Of a DNA stretch of 64,000 bases, positions 1-10,242 are shown piece after piece. The stretch's first letter is position 1. Each line of letters begins with the position of its first letter. The DNA is taken from the NCBI GenBank assembly GCA_965205945.1, contig CBDBIB010000003.1, positions 704,394-768,393 on the forward strand, in the 5' to 3' direction. The position numbers were made by a program, and so were the translations under genes. Below the pieces are notes generated by a model, which was not told where the DNA came from, ran no database searches, and worked only from the letters and a program-made list of their open reading frames with translations. Source of the stretch: Bdellovibrionales bacterium. GTDB lineage: Bacteria; Bdellovibrionota; Bdellovibrionia; Bdellovibrionales; UBA1609.

Positions 1-1
1 A

Positions 2-2104
2 AAATTTTCATTTGAAAAATTTCCAGGCTCTAAAGACTTGCTTTCAACACAGATGAAGTCTGTTGGCCAGGTTATGGGAGTGGGTAGAACGTTTAAAGAA
101 TCTTTTATTAAAGCTTTTAGATCAATGGAGTCAAGAGCGTTGTTTGGAAAACTAAGCACATATTCTAAAGAAAAGATTACGTACCCAAATAGTCAAAGAA
201 TGTTTCATATTGTAAAAGCTTTAGAAAGTGGTGTAAGTGTTAAAGAGATCTCTTCTTGGGCTATGATAAGTCCTTGGTTTATTGAGCAACTTAAGGAAGT
301 TGTATCTTTATCTAAAGATTTAAAGGAAAATGTTTTAGAAAATTACCTGAAGGCTAAAAGATTTGGTTTAAGTGATGAGCAGATTAGTTATTTAAGTGGG
401 AAGACAGTAGCTTTTGTTTTAAAAGTGTCGAAAAACTTTAAGCCAGCTTATTTACAGGTAGATACATGCGCTGGAGAGTTTGAATCAAAGACCCCTTATT
501 TTTATTCCACTTATTGGACAAAAGAATGTTCTTTAAACAAATTAGATGACCATATTAAGAATACGTACGTAGTTATTGGGAGTGGTCCAAATAGAATTGG
601 TCAAGGAATTGAATTTGATTATTGTTGTGTAAGGGCTGTTAAAAAACTAAAAGAGCTTGGATGCAGAGTAGTAATGATTAATTCAAACCCTGAGACTGTT
701 TCAACAGATTATGATACATCAGATATTTTATTTTTTGAGCCCTTAGATGAAGAGAGTGTTTTAAATATATTAAAAAAACTTAAACCACTCGGGGTTTTAT
801 GTCAGCTTGGTGGTCAAACACCAATTCATTTGGCAAAATCTATTGAAGAATATGGATTTAAACTTTTAGGAACTCCTATGTCGATTATCGATATGGCTGA
901 GGATAGGTACCAGTTTTCAAAAATTTGTCAAAAGGTTGGTGCAAAGGTTCCAAGTTCTACAGTTGTGAGTAGTGAAGATGAGGCGCAAGAATTTGTAAAT
1001 AAGGTAGGCTTTCCTGTAATTTGTAGACCGAGTTACGTTATTGGAGGTCAAAGAATGGAAGTGATCGAAACTAAATGGGATCTTGAAAAATATTTTAAAA
1101 CTCATTTAAAAATTTTTGGTAAAAGAAATCTATGTTTTGTGGATCAGTTTCTTGAAGGGGCTTTAGAGGCAGATGTAGACTTGATTTGTTTTAAAGATTT
1201 TATTTTTGTAGGAGGTATTGTTGAGCATATTGAGGTTGCAGGGGTTCACTCTGGAGATAGTATGGGTGTTTTTCCTCCACAAAGGCTTCGTGTAACTACA
1301 AAGAAAAAAATTGAAGAAATTTGTATAAAATTGGCTGAAAAAATGGGTATTCTAGGTTTTTTAAATATTCAAATAGCAATTAAAGATGATCAGGTTTATA
1401 TTATTGAGGCAAACCCAAGAGCATCAAGAACAATTCCATTTATAGCAAAAGCACTAGGTGTGCCATTGGTTGATTATGGTGTTCTTGGGATGCTTGCAAA
1501 ACCATGTCCTAAAGAATTAAAGGCATTTAATTGGTTTAAGGCGGAAGGTGTTTTTGTTAAAGGAGTGGTTTTTCCTTTTAATAAGTTTCCTGAATCTGAT
1601 TCTCTTCTTGGTCCTGAAATGAAATCTACAGGTGAGTCAATGGGAAGAGGAAAAACATATTCAAGTGCTCTTTTAAAAGCTTTTCAAGGGACAAATATTA
1701 AAATTCCTATATCAGGAGAAATATTTTTATCTCTTAAGGATAAGGATAAAGTAAAACTGCTACCTTTTATTAAAGAATTTAAAGAGATAGGGTTTAAAAT
1801 TTCAGCTACAGGTGGAACTGCCAGGTTTTTAACTCAACAAGGGGTGGATTGTATTTTGGTGAATAAAGTTTTAGAAGGGCGTCCTCACTGTGTAGACAGA
1901 ATCCGTTCTGGACAGGTAGATCTTGTTGTAAACACAGTCTCTGGGAAGCAAGCTATTGAGGCTAGTTATAGTATACGTAGGAGTTGTTTAGACTTTTTTA
2001 TACCATGTATTACAGAAAGTGAAGCTGCAAAAGCGTATATTTTAGCTTTAAAGCAGAATATCACTGGTAATGTTGATGTGGAGGCGTTAACATTATCTAT
2101 ATGA
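2..2104 (+). CDS. carB: Carbamoyl-phosphate synthase large subunit, 5' part outside the window
   Basis: Frame open from position 2. Motifs GSGPNRIGQGIEFDY, NSNPETVSTDYD, EANPRASRT, LGPEMKSTGE; C-terminal MGS domain. Confidence 0.97.
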   Translation, partial: KFSFEKFPGSKDLLSTQMKSVGQVMGVGRTFKESFIKAFRSMESRALFGKLSTYSKEKITYPNSQRMFHIVKALESGVSVKEISSWAMISPWFIEQLKEVVSLSKDLKENVLENYLKAKRFGLSDEQISYLSGKTVAFVLKVSKNFKPAYLQVDTCAGEFESKTPYFYSTYWTKECSLNKLDDHIKNTYVVIGSGPNRIGQGIEFDYCCVRAVKKLKELGCRVVMINSNPETVSTDYDTSDILFFEPLDEESVLNILKKLKPLGVLCQLGGQTPIHLAKSIEEYGFKLLGTPMSIIDMAEDRYQFSKICQKVGAKVPSSTVVSSEDEAQEFVNKVGFPVICRPSYVIGGQRMEVIETKWDLEKYFKTHLKIFGKRNLCFVDQFLEGALEADVDLICFKDFIFVGGIVEHIEVAGVHSGDSMGVFPPQRLRVTTKKKIEEICIKLAEKMGILGFLNIQIAIKDDQVYIIEANPRASRTIPFIAKALGVPLVDYGVLGMLAKPCPKELKAFNWFKAEGVFVKGVVFPFNKFPESDSLLGPEMKSTGESMGRGKTYSSALLKAFQGTNIKIPISGEIFLSLKDKDKVKLLPFIKEFKEIGFKISATGGTARFLTQQGVDCILVNKVLEGRPHCVDRIRSGQVDLVVNTVSGKQAIEASYSIRRSCLDFFIPCITESEAAKAYILALKQNITGNVDVEALTLSI

Positions 2105-2976
2105 GTAATCAAGCAATAGATTGTGTAAATGTGTCTAAAACATTTAAAACAGGTCTTATATCAAAATCTGTACAGGCATTAAAAAATATTTCTTTCTCCA
2201 TTCCTGAAGAAACTGTGACAGGGTTTTTGGGGCCTAACGGTTCTGGAAAATCTACATTTCTTAAAATTGCCACAGAATTTATAACACCAACCACTGGAGA
2301 GGTTACATTTTTTGGTGGGCAGTCTTTTTCTAAAGTTAAAAAAAATGTGGGCTTTGTTTCTGAAAAACCAAGTTATCCAAAAGGATTTACTGGAATGCAA
2401 ATTTTAAAGTTTCATGCAGCTTTAACAAAAGAAACCTTAAATAGGGTAGATGAGGTTATAGGTTTAGTAGGACTTGATCACGCTGTAGCAAGGACATTTG
2501 GAACTTATTCAAAGGGTATGAGGCAAAGACTTGCTATTGCACAAGCCTTGTTGCCTGATCCAAAACTTTTGATTTTAGATGAGCCTCTTTCAGGGTTAGA
2601 CCCTGATGGACGAGAAGTGCTGATTCAAGTGATTATGAAGTATTCAAAAAAACCTAGAAAAACAGTAATTTTAAGTAGTCATTTATTAGAGGATCTTCAG
2701 CGTATTTGTAACAATTTAGTTGTTATTAATAGAGGAGAACTTTTGTTTTCAGGAGATCCAAGGTCGGTTTTTAATCCAAATAGTTTTACAATTAAGTATA
2801 AAAAAAGTGGTAAGATAAAAGACTGTTCAGTCTTAAAAGAAGGGTTGAATGAAAAACTTAAAGAGCTTATTGAAAATGGAGTAGAGCTTCAATCTGTAGA
2901 GCCTGAGTCAAAAGCGATTAGCTCACTCTATTTTGATCTAACAAGGGATCATAAGGGGAGAGAGTTTAGAGTATGA
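2101..2976 (+). CDS. ABC transporter ATP-binding protein (PilH-like, pilus-associated)
   Basis: Walker A GPNGSGKST, signature YSKGMRQR, Walker B ILDEP; lies upstream of the permease and pilD. Confidence 0.85.
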   Translation: MSNQAIDCVNVSKTFKTGLISKSVQALKNISFSIPEETVTGFLGPNGSGKSTFLKIATEFITPTTGEVTFFGGQSFSKVKKNVGFVSEKPSYPKGFTGMQILKFHAALTKETLNRVDEVIGLVGLDHAVARTFGTYSKGMRQRLAIAQALLPDPKLLILDEPLSGLDPDGREVLIQVIMKYSKKPRKTVILSSHLLEDLQRICNNLVVINRGELLFSGDPRSVFNPNSFTIKYKKSGKIKDCSVLKEGLNEKLKELIENGVELQSVEPESKAISSLYFDLTRDHKGREFRV

Positions 2977-3740
2977 ATGAAGTTTTTTTGCTATCAAAGT
3001 TCTTTTTTAAAGACTTAATTTATAGAAAAATAGTTTTTTTAACCATAGCAATAGGCTTAGTGTTTATAATACTTAGTATGCTTTTAGGGTCACTAAGTTA
3101 TAGTGAAGAGTCAAGATTAGCTATAAATTTTTCATTATCAGGTTCTCAAATAGCTTTAATATTTTTAAGTATTTTAGTTGGAGCAGATTTTGTTAGAGAT
3201 GATATAAAAACTCAATCCATCCATTCTTTTTTAGCAAGACCAATTACAAGATTTCAGTATTATTTTTCAAAATTTTGTACATTTGCTTTTTTTCTTCTTT
3301 TTTTAACATTCTTAATGTGGCTTATGTTCTTTATAATCTCTTTTATGTTAGGAATAAAAGAATCTTTTATATCCATGATTCCTTATTTAGGAATTTATAT
3401 TGAATCCTTGGTGCTTTTTAGCTTTGCACTTATGAGTTCACTTTTTTCATCCTTACTAGTAACTGTTGGTGCGAGTTTTACCCTTTTTTTGGTTGGTCAT
3501 GGGTTAAATATTTTTGAATTTTTGATGGAAAAATCTACTAACTTTATGATTAAAATTCTAGGTTTGCTGCTTTTAAAGGGTATTCCGAATTTAGAGAGTC
3601 TTAATTGGAAATCTCATTTAACTTATGGTGAATGGATGCCTTTTATGAGCTATATAAAATTTTCAGCTTACGGTTTTAGCTGGGCATTTTTTATTTTGTT
3701 AATAGGGTATTTTATTTTTTCTAAAAAAGACTTTTCTTAA
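2973..3740 (+). CDS. ABC-2 type permease (PilI-like)
   Basis: About 6 TM segments, LARPITR motif, ATGA overlap with the ATPase gene. Confidence 0.8.
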   Translation: MNEVFLLSKFFFKDLIYRKIVFLTIAIGLVFIILSMLLGSLSYSEESRLAINFSLSGSQIALIFLSILVGADFVRDDIKTQSIHSFLARPITRFQYYFSKFCTFAFFLLFLTFLMWLMFFIISFMLGIKESFISMIPYLGIYIESLVLFSFALMSSLFSSLLVTVGASFTLFLVGHGLNIFEFLMEKSTNFMIKILGLLLLKGIPNLESLNWKSHLTYGEWMPFMSYIKFSAYGFSWAFFILLIGYFIFSKKDFS

Positions 3741-3754
3741 AGAGAGAGTTTTAG

Positions 3755-4543
3755 ATGCTTTTAGATTTTGAGACTGTAGTGTTTTTATTTTTATTCTTTT
3801 TCTTAGGATCTATGATAGGTAGTTTTTTAAATGTTGTTATTTATCGATGGCCAAGGGAGGAGAGTTTTGTCACTCCTCGTAGTAAATGCCCATGTTGTAA
3901 AGTACCTATTCCAATTTATTTAAATGTTCCTATACTTTCATGGTTAGCTCTGTTTGGAAAGGCTCGTTGTTGTGGTAATAAAATCAGCGTGCATTATCCT
4001 TTAGTCGAGGTTTTAACAGGAACTCTTTTTGCATTTACTTTTTATAAGTTTAGCCTGACTTTTCAGACTTTTGAATATTGTTTATTTTTAGCAATGGCAA
4101 TTCCATGTTTTTTCATAGATCTTAAGCACTACCTTTTACCAGATATTTTTACTATTTCAGGGATTTTTGTGGCATTTGCGGGCAGTTTTTTGTCTATGAC
4201 AAGGACGCCTTTAGATTCTTTTTTAGGTTTGATTTTAGGTGGTGGGTTATTTTGGTTAATAAGCTATTTTTATAAAAAAGTTAGAAAGAAAGAAGGCATG
4301 GGCTTTGGGGATGTAAAGCTTATTGCATGGTTAGGTTCTTTAGGTGGTTTAAGTTCAGTACCCTTTATAATATGGACTTCAGGGCTTACGGGAACTTTAG
4401 TCGGTGTTTTTTTAATACTTTTTAAAGGAGGATCTCGAAATTCAGCATTGCCTTTTGGACCCTTTTTAATCACTTCAGCCTTACTATATTTTTATTTTAT
4501 TAAAAATTTAAAGGAGCTTTTTCCATACTTTGTAGGGTTTTAA
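3755..4543 (+). CDS. pilD: Prepilin peptidase/N-methyltransferase
   Basis: GSFLNVVIYRWP, Zn-binding Cys pairs, DLKHYLLPD, GMGFGDVKL, LPFGPFL. Confidence 0.95.
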   Translation: MLLDFETVVFLFLFFFLGSMIGSFLNVVIYRWPREESFVTPRSKCPCCKVPIPIYLNVPILSWLALFGKARCCGNKISVHYPLVEVLTGTLFAFTFYKFSLTFQTFEYCLFLAMAIPCFFIDLKHYLLPDIFTISGIFVAFAGSFLSMTRTPLDSFLGLILGGGLFWLISYFYKKVRKKEGMGFGDVKLIAWLGSLGGLSSVPFIIWTSGLTGTLVGVFLILFKGGSRNSALPFGPFLITSALLYFYFIKNLKELFPYFVGF

Positions 4544-4558
4544 CTTTAACACATTCTT

Positions 4559-4587
4559 TTGACAGTTTCATTGTATTTAGATCTAAT
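4559..4587 (+). promoter_or_regulatory. Sigma70-type promoter for pilMNOPQ, possibly leaderless
   Basis: TTGACA (4559-4564), 17-nt spacer, TCTAAT (4582-4587), then 6 nt to the GTG at 4594; no Shine-Dalgarno. Confidence 0.55.
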
Positions 4588-4593
4588 AGATAA

Positions 4594-5628
4594 GTGTTTG
4601 GATCTAATAAACTTTTTGGTTTAGATATAGGAAATGGGACTATTAAATCTTGTAAGCTTTCTGTGCGTGGAAAAGCTGCAAAGCTGAATAAAATTTCTTT
4701 TGTTAAGATGGATAAGAGTGTATATAAAAACGGTGAGATTCTTAATCCAAATCTACTCGTTAATTATATAGAAGCTTCTGCTAAAGAAATAAAGATAAAG
4801 AAAGCTGCAATTGGTGTAAGTGGCTCATCTGTTATGGTAAAAAAAATTACAATACCTAAAATGGATGTAGCAGTACTTCCTGAACAAGTAAGGTGGGAAG
4901 CTGAACAATACATTCCTTATAATATAGATGAAGTAAATATTGATTATATTATTTTAGAGAATAAAGATACTATGGATACTATGGATTTATTATTGATTGC
5001 AGCTCAACAGAGTAGAATCTTACAATATGTAAACGTTTTTTCTGATTCAAAAATAAAAGTGAAACTTGTAGATGTATCAAGCTTTGCATTGGCAAATTGC
5101 TTTATGTTTAATTATCCTCAAGCAAAAGGTAGCACGGTAGGTTTAATCGATATAGGTGCTTTTTTTACACACTTTGTAGTTTTACATAAAGGTGAAGTTG
5201 TTTTTTGTAGAGATATTCCATCAGGTGGCGGAGTTTTTGATGAAGGACTTGCTAAAAATTTAGGAATCCCTGAAGAAGAAGCATTACAAATTAAAGAATC
5301 TGGGGAATCTATGCCTGACATTGCAGTGGATACTTTAAAGAGCCTTGGAAAGCAGTACTCTAAGCAACTAGTGGGTGCTGTAGAGTTTTTTACAGAAATA
5401 ACTAAAGAAATTTTGTTAGAAAAGTTTTATCTTACTGGAGGGGCAAGTCTTACCCCAGGACTTTTAGAGTTATTAGCAGAACATCTAAATAAGCCGGTTG
5501 AATTTATGGATGTTTTACAAAAAATTACGCCATCAAGCAGGGTTTTAAAAGAAGTGAATGAAAAAGATTTACAATATAAGGCAGCTGTTACAATAGGGCT
5601 GGCACTTAGAAACCTAGGGGATGCGTAG
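4594..5628 (+). CDS. pilM: Type IV pilus assembly protein PilM
   Basis: Actin-like fold motifs GLDIG, WEAEQYIPY, IDIGA, LTGGAS; C-terminal IGLALR. Confidence 0.93.
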   Translation: MFGSNKLFGLDIGNGTIKSCKLSVRGKAAKLNKISFVKMDKSVYKNGEILNPNLLVNYIEASAKEIKIKKAAIGVSGSSVMVKKITIPKMDVAVLPEQVRWEAEQYIPYNIDEVNIDYIILENKDTMDTMDLLLIAAQQSRILQYVNVFSDSKIKVKLVDVSSFALANCFMFNYPQAKGSTVGLIDIGAFFTHFVVLHKGEVVFCRDIPSGGGVFDEGLAKNLGIPEEEALQIKESGESMPDIAVDTLKSLGKQYSKQLVGAVEFFTEITKEILLEKFYLTGGASLTPGLLELLAEHLNKPVEFMDVLQKITPSSRVLKEVNEKDLQYKAAVTIGLALRNLGDA

Positions 5629-6293
5629 TGATTAGGGTTAATCTTTTAGAAGACAAAGCTGTTGTAGGAGAAAAGAAAAATAGTTTGTCGATGAAAGGAA
5701 ATGTACAAACGCCTGCAATAGAGAACTTTAGTTTTGATACTAACGCTAAAACTTTTGAATATTCTCAAATAGGGCAATTATTAAAAATATTTTTACTCAT
5801 CAGCTTTATTATTCCATTAATATTTTTTGAGAAAGTTAGAAAAAACCAAGATAAGGAGCTAGTGGCTAGAAAAACTGCTGAGGTTCAAGCTATTCAAAAT
5901 ATTAAAATTGAAAAAGAAAAACAAGTTAAAAAATATGTTAATCTTAATAAGAAGAAAAAAGTTTTAGAATTAATAAACTTAGAGTTACAAGAGATGAAAG
6001 GTGAAAGACTTATTGCAGTGCAAAGTCTTAATGCCATACAAACAGCAGTTCCTAAAGATATATGGCTAATAGGAATTACCCTTTCAAAGGGTATTTTACA
6101 AATTAAGGGACAAACTTTGGTGGATACAGGGCTTGATTTATTTGTGAAAAATTTAAAAAAAGAAAATATTTTTATAGATATTAATGTGCTTAAGGATGTT
6201 AAGGTTAAAAATATTGGAGGACAAGTATTAAATGATTTTTTAATTACACTAAATATTAATAAAATATTTAAACCAGTAGTTAAGGAGAGTTGA
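5628..6293 (+). CDS. pilN: Type IV pilus assembly protein PilN
   Basis: N-terminal IRVNLL, one TM segment, coiled coil, VPKDIWL; operon position. Confidence 0.88.
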   Translation: MIRVNLLEDKAVVGEKKNSLSMKGNVQTPAIENFSFDTNAKTFEYSQIGQLLKIFLLISFIIPLIFFEKVRKNQDKELVARKTAEVQAIQNIKIEKEKQVKKYVNLNKKKKVLELINLELQEMKGERLIAVQSLNAIQTAVPKDIWLIGITLSKGILQIKGQTLVDTGLDLFVKNLKKENIFIDINVLKDVKVKNIGGQVLNDFLITLNINKIFKPVVKES

Positions 6294-6886
6294 TGGAAGA
6301 AAAGTTAAATCAACTTGCGTTTATTAATGCTGCTTTATTTGGAATATTAGTGGCGGTGGCTTATTATGTGTTTTTTTATCGCGCCTTAAGTCCCCATAAT
6401 CAAATAGAAAAAATAGAACAAGAGGTTTCAACCATAAAAAAAGATATTTTAAGATTTGATAAAGAACTTAAAGTTGAACAAAAAATTAATCAAGAAGTTA
6501 TTTTTATGCAAGACAAGATTAACAAGGTTTATTCTCAATTGTCTGAAAATTTATCTGTTGAACGTGCTGTTAATATTATTTCTGAAGAGGCTAGATCTAC
6601 AGGAATGTCTATTGAGTCGATTTCTGCAACAAGTGGAGGTTGGCAGGAACAAAAAACCATTGCGATAACCGTTATAGATGTTCGTTTATCTGGAAGCTTT
6701 AATCAGGTAATGGTTTTTTTATCAGAACTTACAAGAAGTAATAGGATATACTCAGTATCAAGTCTTTTATTAAATACTCGTGAAGTAGGTAAGAAAGAAG
6801 CTTTATCCATAACTTTAAAACTTCAAGCTTATAGAAAACTAACTGCAAAAGAGATGAGTCTTAAAAAGGATGGGATTAATGAGTAA
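6293..6886 (+). CDS. pilO: Type IV pilus assembly protein PilO
   Basis: TM segment plus coiled coil, GSFNQVMVFLSELTRSNRI; operon position. Confidence 0.85.
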   Translation: MEEKLNQLAFINAALFGILVAVAYYVFFYRALSPHNQIEKIEQEVSTIKKDILRFDKELKVEQKINQEVIFMQDKINKVYSQLSENLSVERAVNIISEEARSTGMSIESISATSGGWQEQKTIAITVIDVRLSGSFNQVMVFLSELTRSNRIYSVSSLLLNTREVGKKEALSITLKLQAYRKLTAKEMSLKKDGINE

Positions 6887-7412
6887 GTTTATTTTTGTGC
6901 TTCTTTTTTTTGTAAATATAGTTTTTGCTCAAGATAATGATACCTCTTTAGATGAATTTAAAGAGAAGAACTTAGTGGATGAAGATGAGGTTTTAAATCA
7001 ATTAGATAAGTTAAATGAGCTTTCAAATAGAAGCATGGAATTTAAGCCGTTTATATATTCAGGAGGTGGCCGGCGCAGTCCTTTTTTAAAGTCTGGAGAG
7101 GTTAAGAGAGTAGAGTCGGAAAATAAGATAGCGTTTGCAGAAGAGATCTTACAAAGCACAGGGCTTGAAGGTTATGATGTGTCTAGTTTTGAGTTAACAG
7201 CTGTGATGTGGGACATAAAGCATCCAAAAGCCTTGGTTAAGGATTTAGGAAAGGAAATTTATGTTATTGAAGAAGGAACAAGAATTGGCCGTCTTAATGG
7301 TTATGTTGCAAAAATTCGTGAAGGTGAGGTGATCATTGTGGAGCCCAACGTGCTTCTTGGTGAAAAAAAAGCCAGACTTTACAAGACTCAAGTCTTGAAA
7401 TTAGGAAGGTAG
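6879..7412 (+). CDS. pilP: Type IV pilus assembly protein PilP
   Basis: YSGGGRRSPF, LEGYDVSSFELTAV, GTRIGRLNG; immediately before pilQ. Start taken as the ATG at 6879. Confidence 0.85.
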   Translation: MSKFIFVLLFFVNIVFAQDNDTSLDEFKEKNLVDEDEVLNQLDKLNELSNRSMEFKPFIYSGGGRRSPFLKSGEVKRVESENKIAFAEEILQSTGLEGYDVSSFELTAVMWDIKHPKALVKDLGKEIYVIEEGTRIGRLNGYVAKIREGEVIIVEPNVLLGEKKARLYKTQVLKLGR

Positions 7413-7473
7413 TTTTTAAAACTTCTTTTTATTGAGAAACTAATAATAGATAAGTTTATTTAAAAAGGATCTA

Positions 7474-9597
7474 ATGAAAACAAGTTTATATTTTATATGT
7501 ATTTTACTCTTACTTACCTCTTGTAGTAATTTAGAAAAGATTAAGCCTTTAAGTACAGATTTAAATTTTGAGGAAAAGGTTTCTTCTGAACTAGAAGGAA
7601 TTGATTTTAATGAGACCTCTAATGAGTCTGCAGACTTTGAAAGTTTAGATTTAAAAGAAAATAAGGAGGATTTAAACAGTTTAGAATTTGACGTGTTTAA
7701 AGAAGACACCCCATCGACTGCTGTAGAGGATCTAATAATAGAGCCCTCTGCTCAAGAGCCAATTGTAGATACAAATAATGATATTCAAATAGATACCTCT
7801 TTTGATTTACCGTCTAAATTTAAGAATACGCCTAACAAAGATGAACTTATTTTTTCTTCAGAACCTGAAACAAAAGATTTATCACAAGGTGAACAAATAC
7901 AAAATGAAATTTTAAGTATAGATTATAATGCATTTCAAAATGGAGGCTCGTTTATAATTTCGGTTTCTCAAAAAGCAAATTATGTGACAGAGTATATTCC
8001 AGAAACTAATCAGTATATTGTTAAGTTTAAAAATACACGTATTGGAAAGAAACTTGCAAGACCATTTTTAACAAAAGACTTTAGGCAAAGCTTTGAGGCC
8101 ATGAATTCTTATGGTGGAGATGATGGTAGTGTAAGGCTAGTTTTTCAATTAAAAGATAAATCCTTTCCAAGTGTAAACTTTTTAAAAGGTAAATTAATTG
8201 TTGAACCAGGCTTTTTAGAATCAATGAGTGTTAAACAAAACAATCTTTTAAATAAGGACGAAGATAAAGTTTTGTTGTCTGCTTCGTCATTTGAAGATTT
8301 TTTACTTGGCAATTCTAAGTTTATTGGTAAACCAATATCCATACAAGTTAAAGATGAAAGTATCGTTACTATTATACAGTTTATAGCTGAACAAGTGGGG
8401 GCTAACATTGTTTTGTCTTCTAGCGTTCAAGGTAATATTTCTATAAAACTTAAAAAGGTTCCTTGGGATCAGGCTTTGGTGACTATTATGAAGGCTAAGG
8501 GGCTTGGTTATGTAAGAAATGGAAATATTTTAAGAGTTGCTACCTTAGCAGAACTTAAAAAGGAATCTGTAGCAGCAGTTGAAGTTCAAAAGGCAAGAAA
8601 AATATTAGCTCCATTTCATGTAAAAGTATTTCCGTTAAGTTATGCATCTCCAATCAAGCTAGCGGAAAAAATAAAACCTTTTTTAACTCTAGGGGCTCAA
8701 GGAAGCGGTAGATCAGGTCAGGTGCTTTCAGAAGAAAGATCCTCGTCCTTGATTGTAAGAGATACTTTTGAAGTGATTCAAAACGTGGCTACTCTTATAA
8801 AGGAGCTAGATAGTGCTCCTCTTCAGGTTATGATAGAAGCTAAAATTGTTGAGGCAACTAAGAATTTTACAAAAGATTTTAGAGGTAATGGGGTTAATAT
8901 TGGGTTTAATAGTAACACCCTAGGAGGGGCTGTTTCTGGACGTTCAAATTTAAATTATAGAACTGAAAATGGAGTAGGAACTTTTTTTCCAGAGGTTAGC
9001 ATTGGTGGAATTGATTTTTTTGGTTCTTTAAGTGCAAGTTTACGTTTACAAGAAATAGACTCTAAAGTAAAAATTCTAAGCTCTCCCAGTGTTTTAGTGA
9101 TTAATAATCAAACTGCAAAAATAACACAGCAAGATGAGATTTTAAATCAAATTGTAACAATTGGCGAGGGAGGAGTCACCTCTACTTCCACAGAAAGAAG
9201 TCCTGTTGAATTAAGCTTAGAGGTTACACCACAGGTTTCATCTGATAGTAGTGTTATTATGAAAATTGCTGTTAAAAGACAATTTCCAGTGACTCAAAGT
9301 CTTGGTAATGCTTTGAGTAGTAGAGAGGCTAATACAAGAGTTATTATAGAAAATAATAAAACAGCAATGATTGGTGGTATTTACCAAGTTTTAGAGAGAA
9401 AGAGTATTTCTGGTGCTCCGGTTTTGCGTAAATTGCCATTGTTAGGGTGGTTGTTTAGGAGTGACTTAAAGGCTAAAGATGATACGGAGCTTGTAATTTT
9501 TATTACACCTAGGGTGATAAATAAAAACAGTAAAGAAGACCGTTTTGTAGATCGACCCTTAACCCCCTTACAAGGAAATAGGATCTCAAAGTTTTAA
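7474..9597 (+). CDS. pilQ: Type IV pilus secretin PilQ
   Basis: LKKVPWDQAL, QVMIEAKIVEA, GAPVLRKLPLLGWLF, ELVIFITPRVI; lipobox-like LTSC and acidic N-terminal linker. Confidence 0.95.
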   Translation: MKTSLYFICILLLLTSCSNLEKIKPLSTDLNFEEKVSSELEGIDFNETSNESADFESLDLKENKEDLNSLEFDVFKEDTPSTAVEDLIIEPSAQEPIVDTNNDIQIDTSFDLPSKFKNTPNKDELIFSSEPETKDLSQGEQIQNEILSIDYNAFQNGGSFIISVSQKANYVTEYIPETNQYIVKFKNTRIGKKLARPFLTKDFRQSFEAMNSYGGDDGSVRLVFQLKDKSFPSVNFLKGKLIVEPGFLESMSVKQNNLLNKDEDKVLLSASSFEDFLLGNSKFIGKPISIQVKDESIVTIIQFIAEQVGANIVLSSSVQGNISIKLKKVPWDQALVTIMKAKGLGYVRNGNILRVATLAELKKESVAAVEVQKARKILAPFHVKVFPLSYASPIKLAEKIKPFLTLGAQGSGRSGQVLSEERSSSLIVRDTFEVIQNVATLIKELDSAPLQVMIEAKIVEATKNFTKDFRGNGVNIGFNSNTLGGAVSGRSNLNYRTENGVGTFFPEVSIGGIDFFGSLSASLRLQEIDSKVKILSSPSVLVINNQTAKITQQDEILNQIVTIGEGGVTSTSTERSPVELSLEVTPQVSSDSSVIMKIAVKRQFPVTQSLGNALSSREANTRVIIENNKTAMIGGIYQVLERKSISGAPVLRKLPLLGWLFRSDLKAKDDTELVIFITPRVINKNSKEDRFVDRPLTPLQGNRISKF

Positions 9598-10034
9598 TCA
9601 AGGACAATTCTAGGGTGATCTTTGCTTAACATATATAAAATTTCAGCATCTAAATTTGTGGTATAAGCATGAACGTTATGTCCAATAAAGCTACTCATAA
9701 TATGTGATTCTTCTTTAGTAGAGTGAAGAAGACCTAATTCACAGTGACCCAGCTCATGAATAATTAAGGCTTCTCTAGTTTTTTCAGAAAAATCTTTCCA
9801 AAGGTCTTCATTAATATGTATTTGCTTTGTTTCAAGTAAACATCTTGCAGGGACTCCCTTTGACAAAGGTGAAAATTCAATATTTGAAGTTACCTCGATA
9901 TTAAAAAGCTTTTCAAAAATTTGAATATAAGGTTTAAAGTTAGTAGGGTATATATTAACAGGGTCATCTTGTGCTACATGCTCACAAGCGTTTAATAATA
10001 AGGTTAAGAGAAAAAGAGGTATAAGTTTAGTCAT
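9594..10034 (-). CDS. Small lipoprotein zinc metallopeptidase (metzincin/matrixin-like)
   Basis: Lipobox LNAC; HELGHCELGLLH zinc motif followed by HIMS Met-turn. Confidence 0.7.
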   Translation of the reverse strand: MTKLIPLFLLTLLLNACEHVAQDDPVNIYPTNFKPYIQIFEKLFNIEVTSNIEFSPLSKGVPARCLLETKQIHINEDLWKDFSEKTREALIIHELGHCELGLLHSTKEESHIMSSFIGHNVHAYTTNLDAEILYMLSKDHPRIVLD

Positions 10035-10242
10035 ATAAAAGCTAGAGTTATATTTTTTAAAATAAGAAATTCTGCTGGCAAAACTGCAATAAGCAAGAAG
10101 AGCTGGGGTTTAAGGCAAAGTCTTGTTAAATAAGAGAGTTTTCTCATAAAACTAATATATTCAATAAAAGTGCCAACTCTAATTGGATTTAAAATTATTA
10201 AGGGGTATAAGCTGTAAACACTATTGACATAAGGTAAGAATA

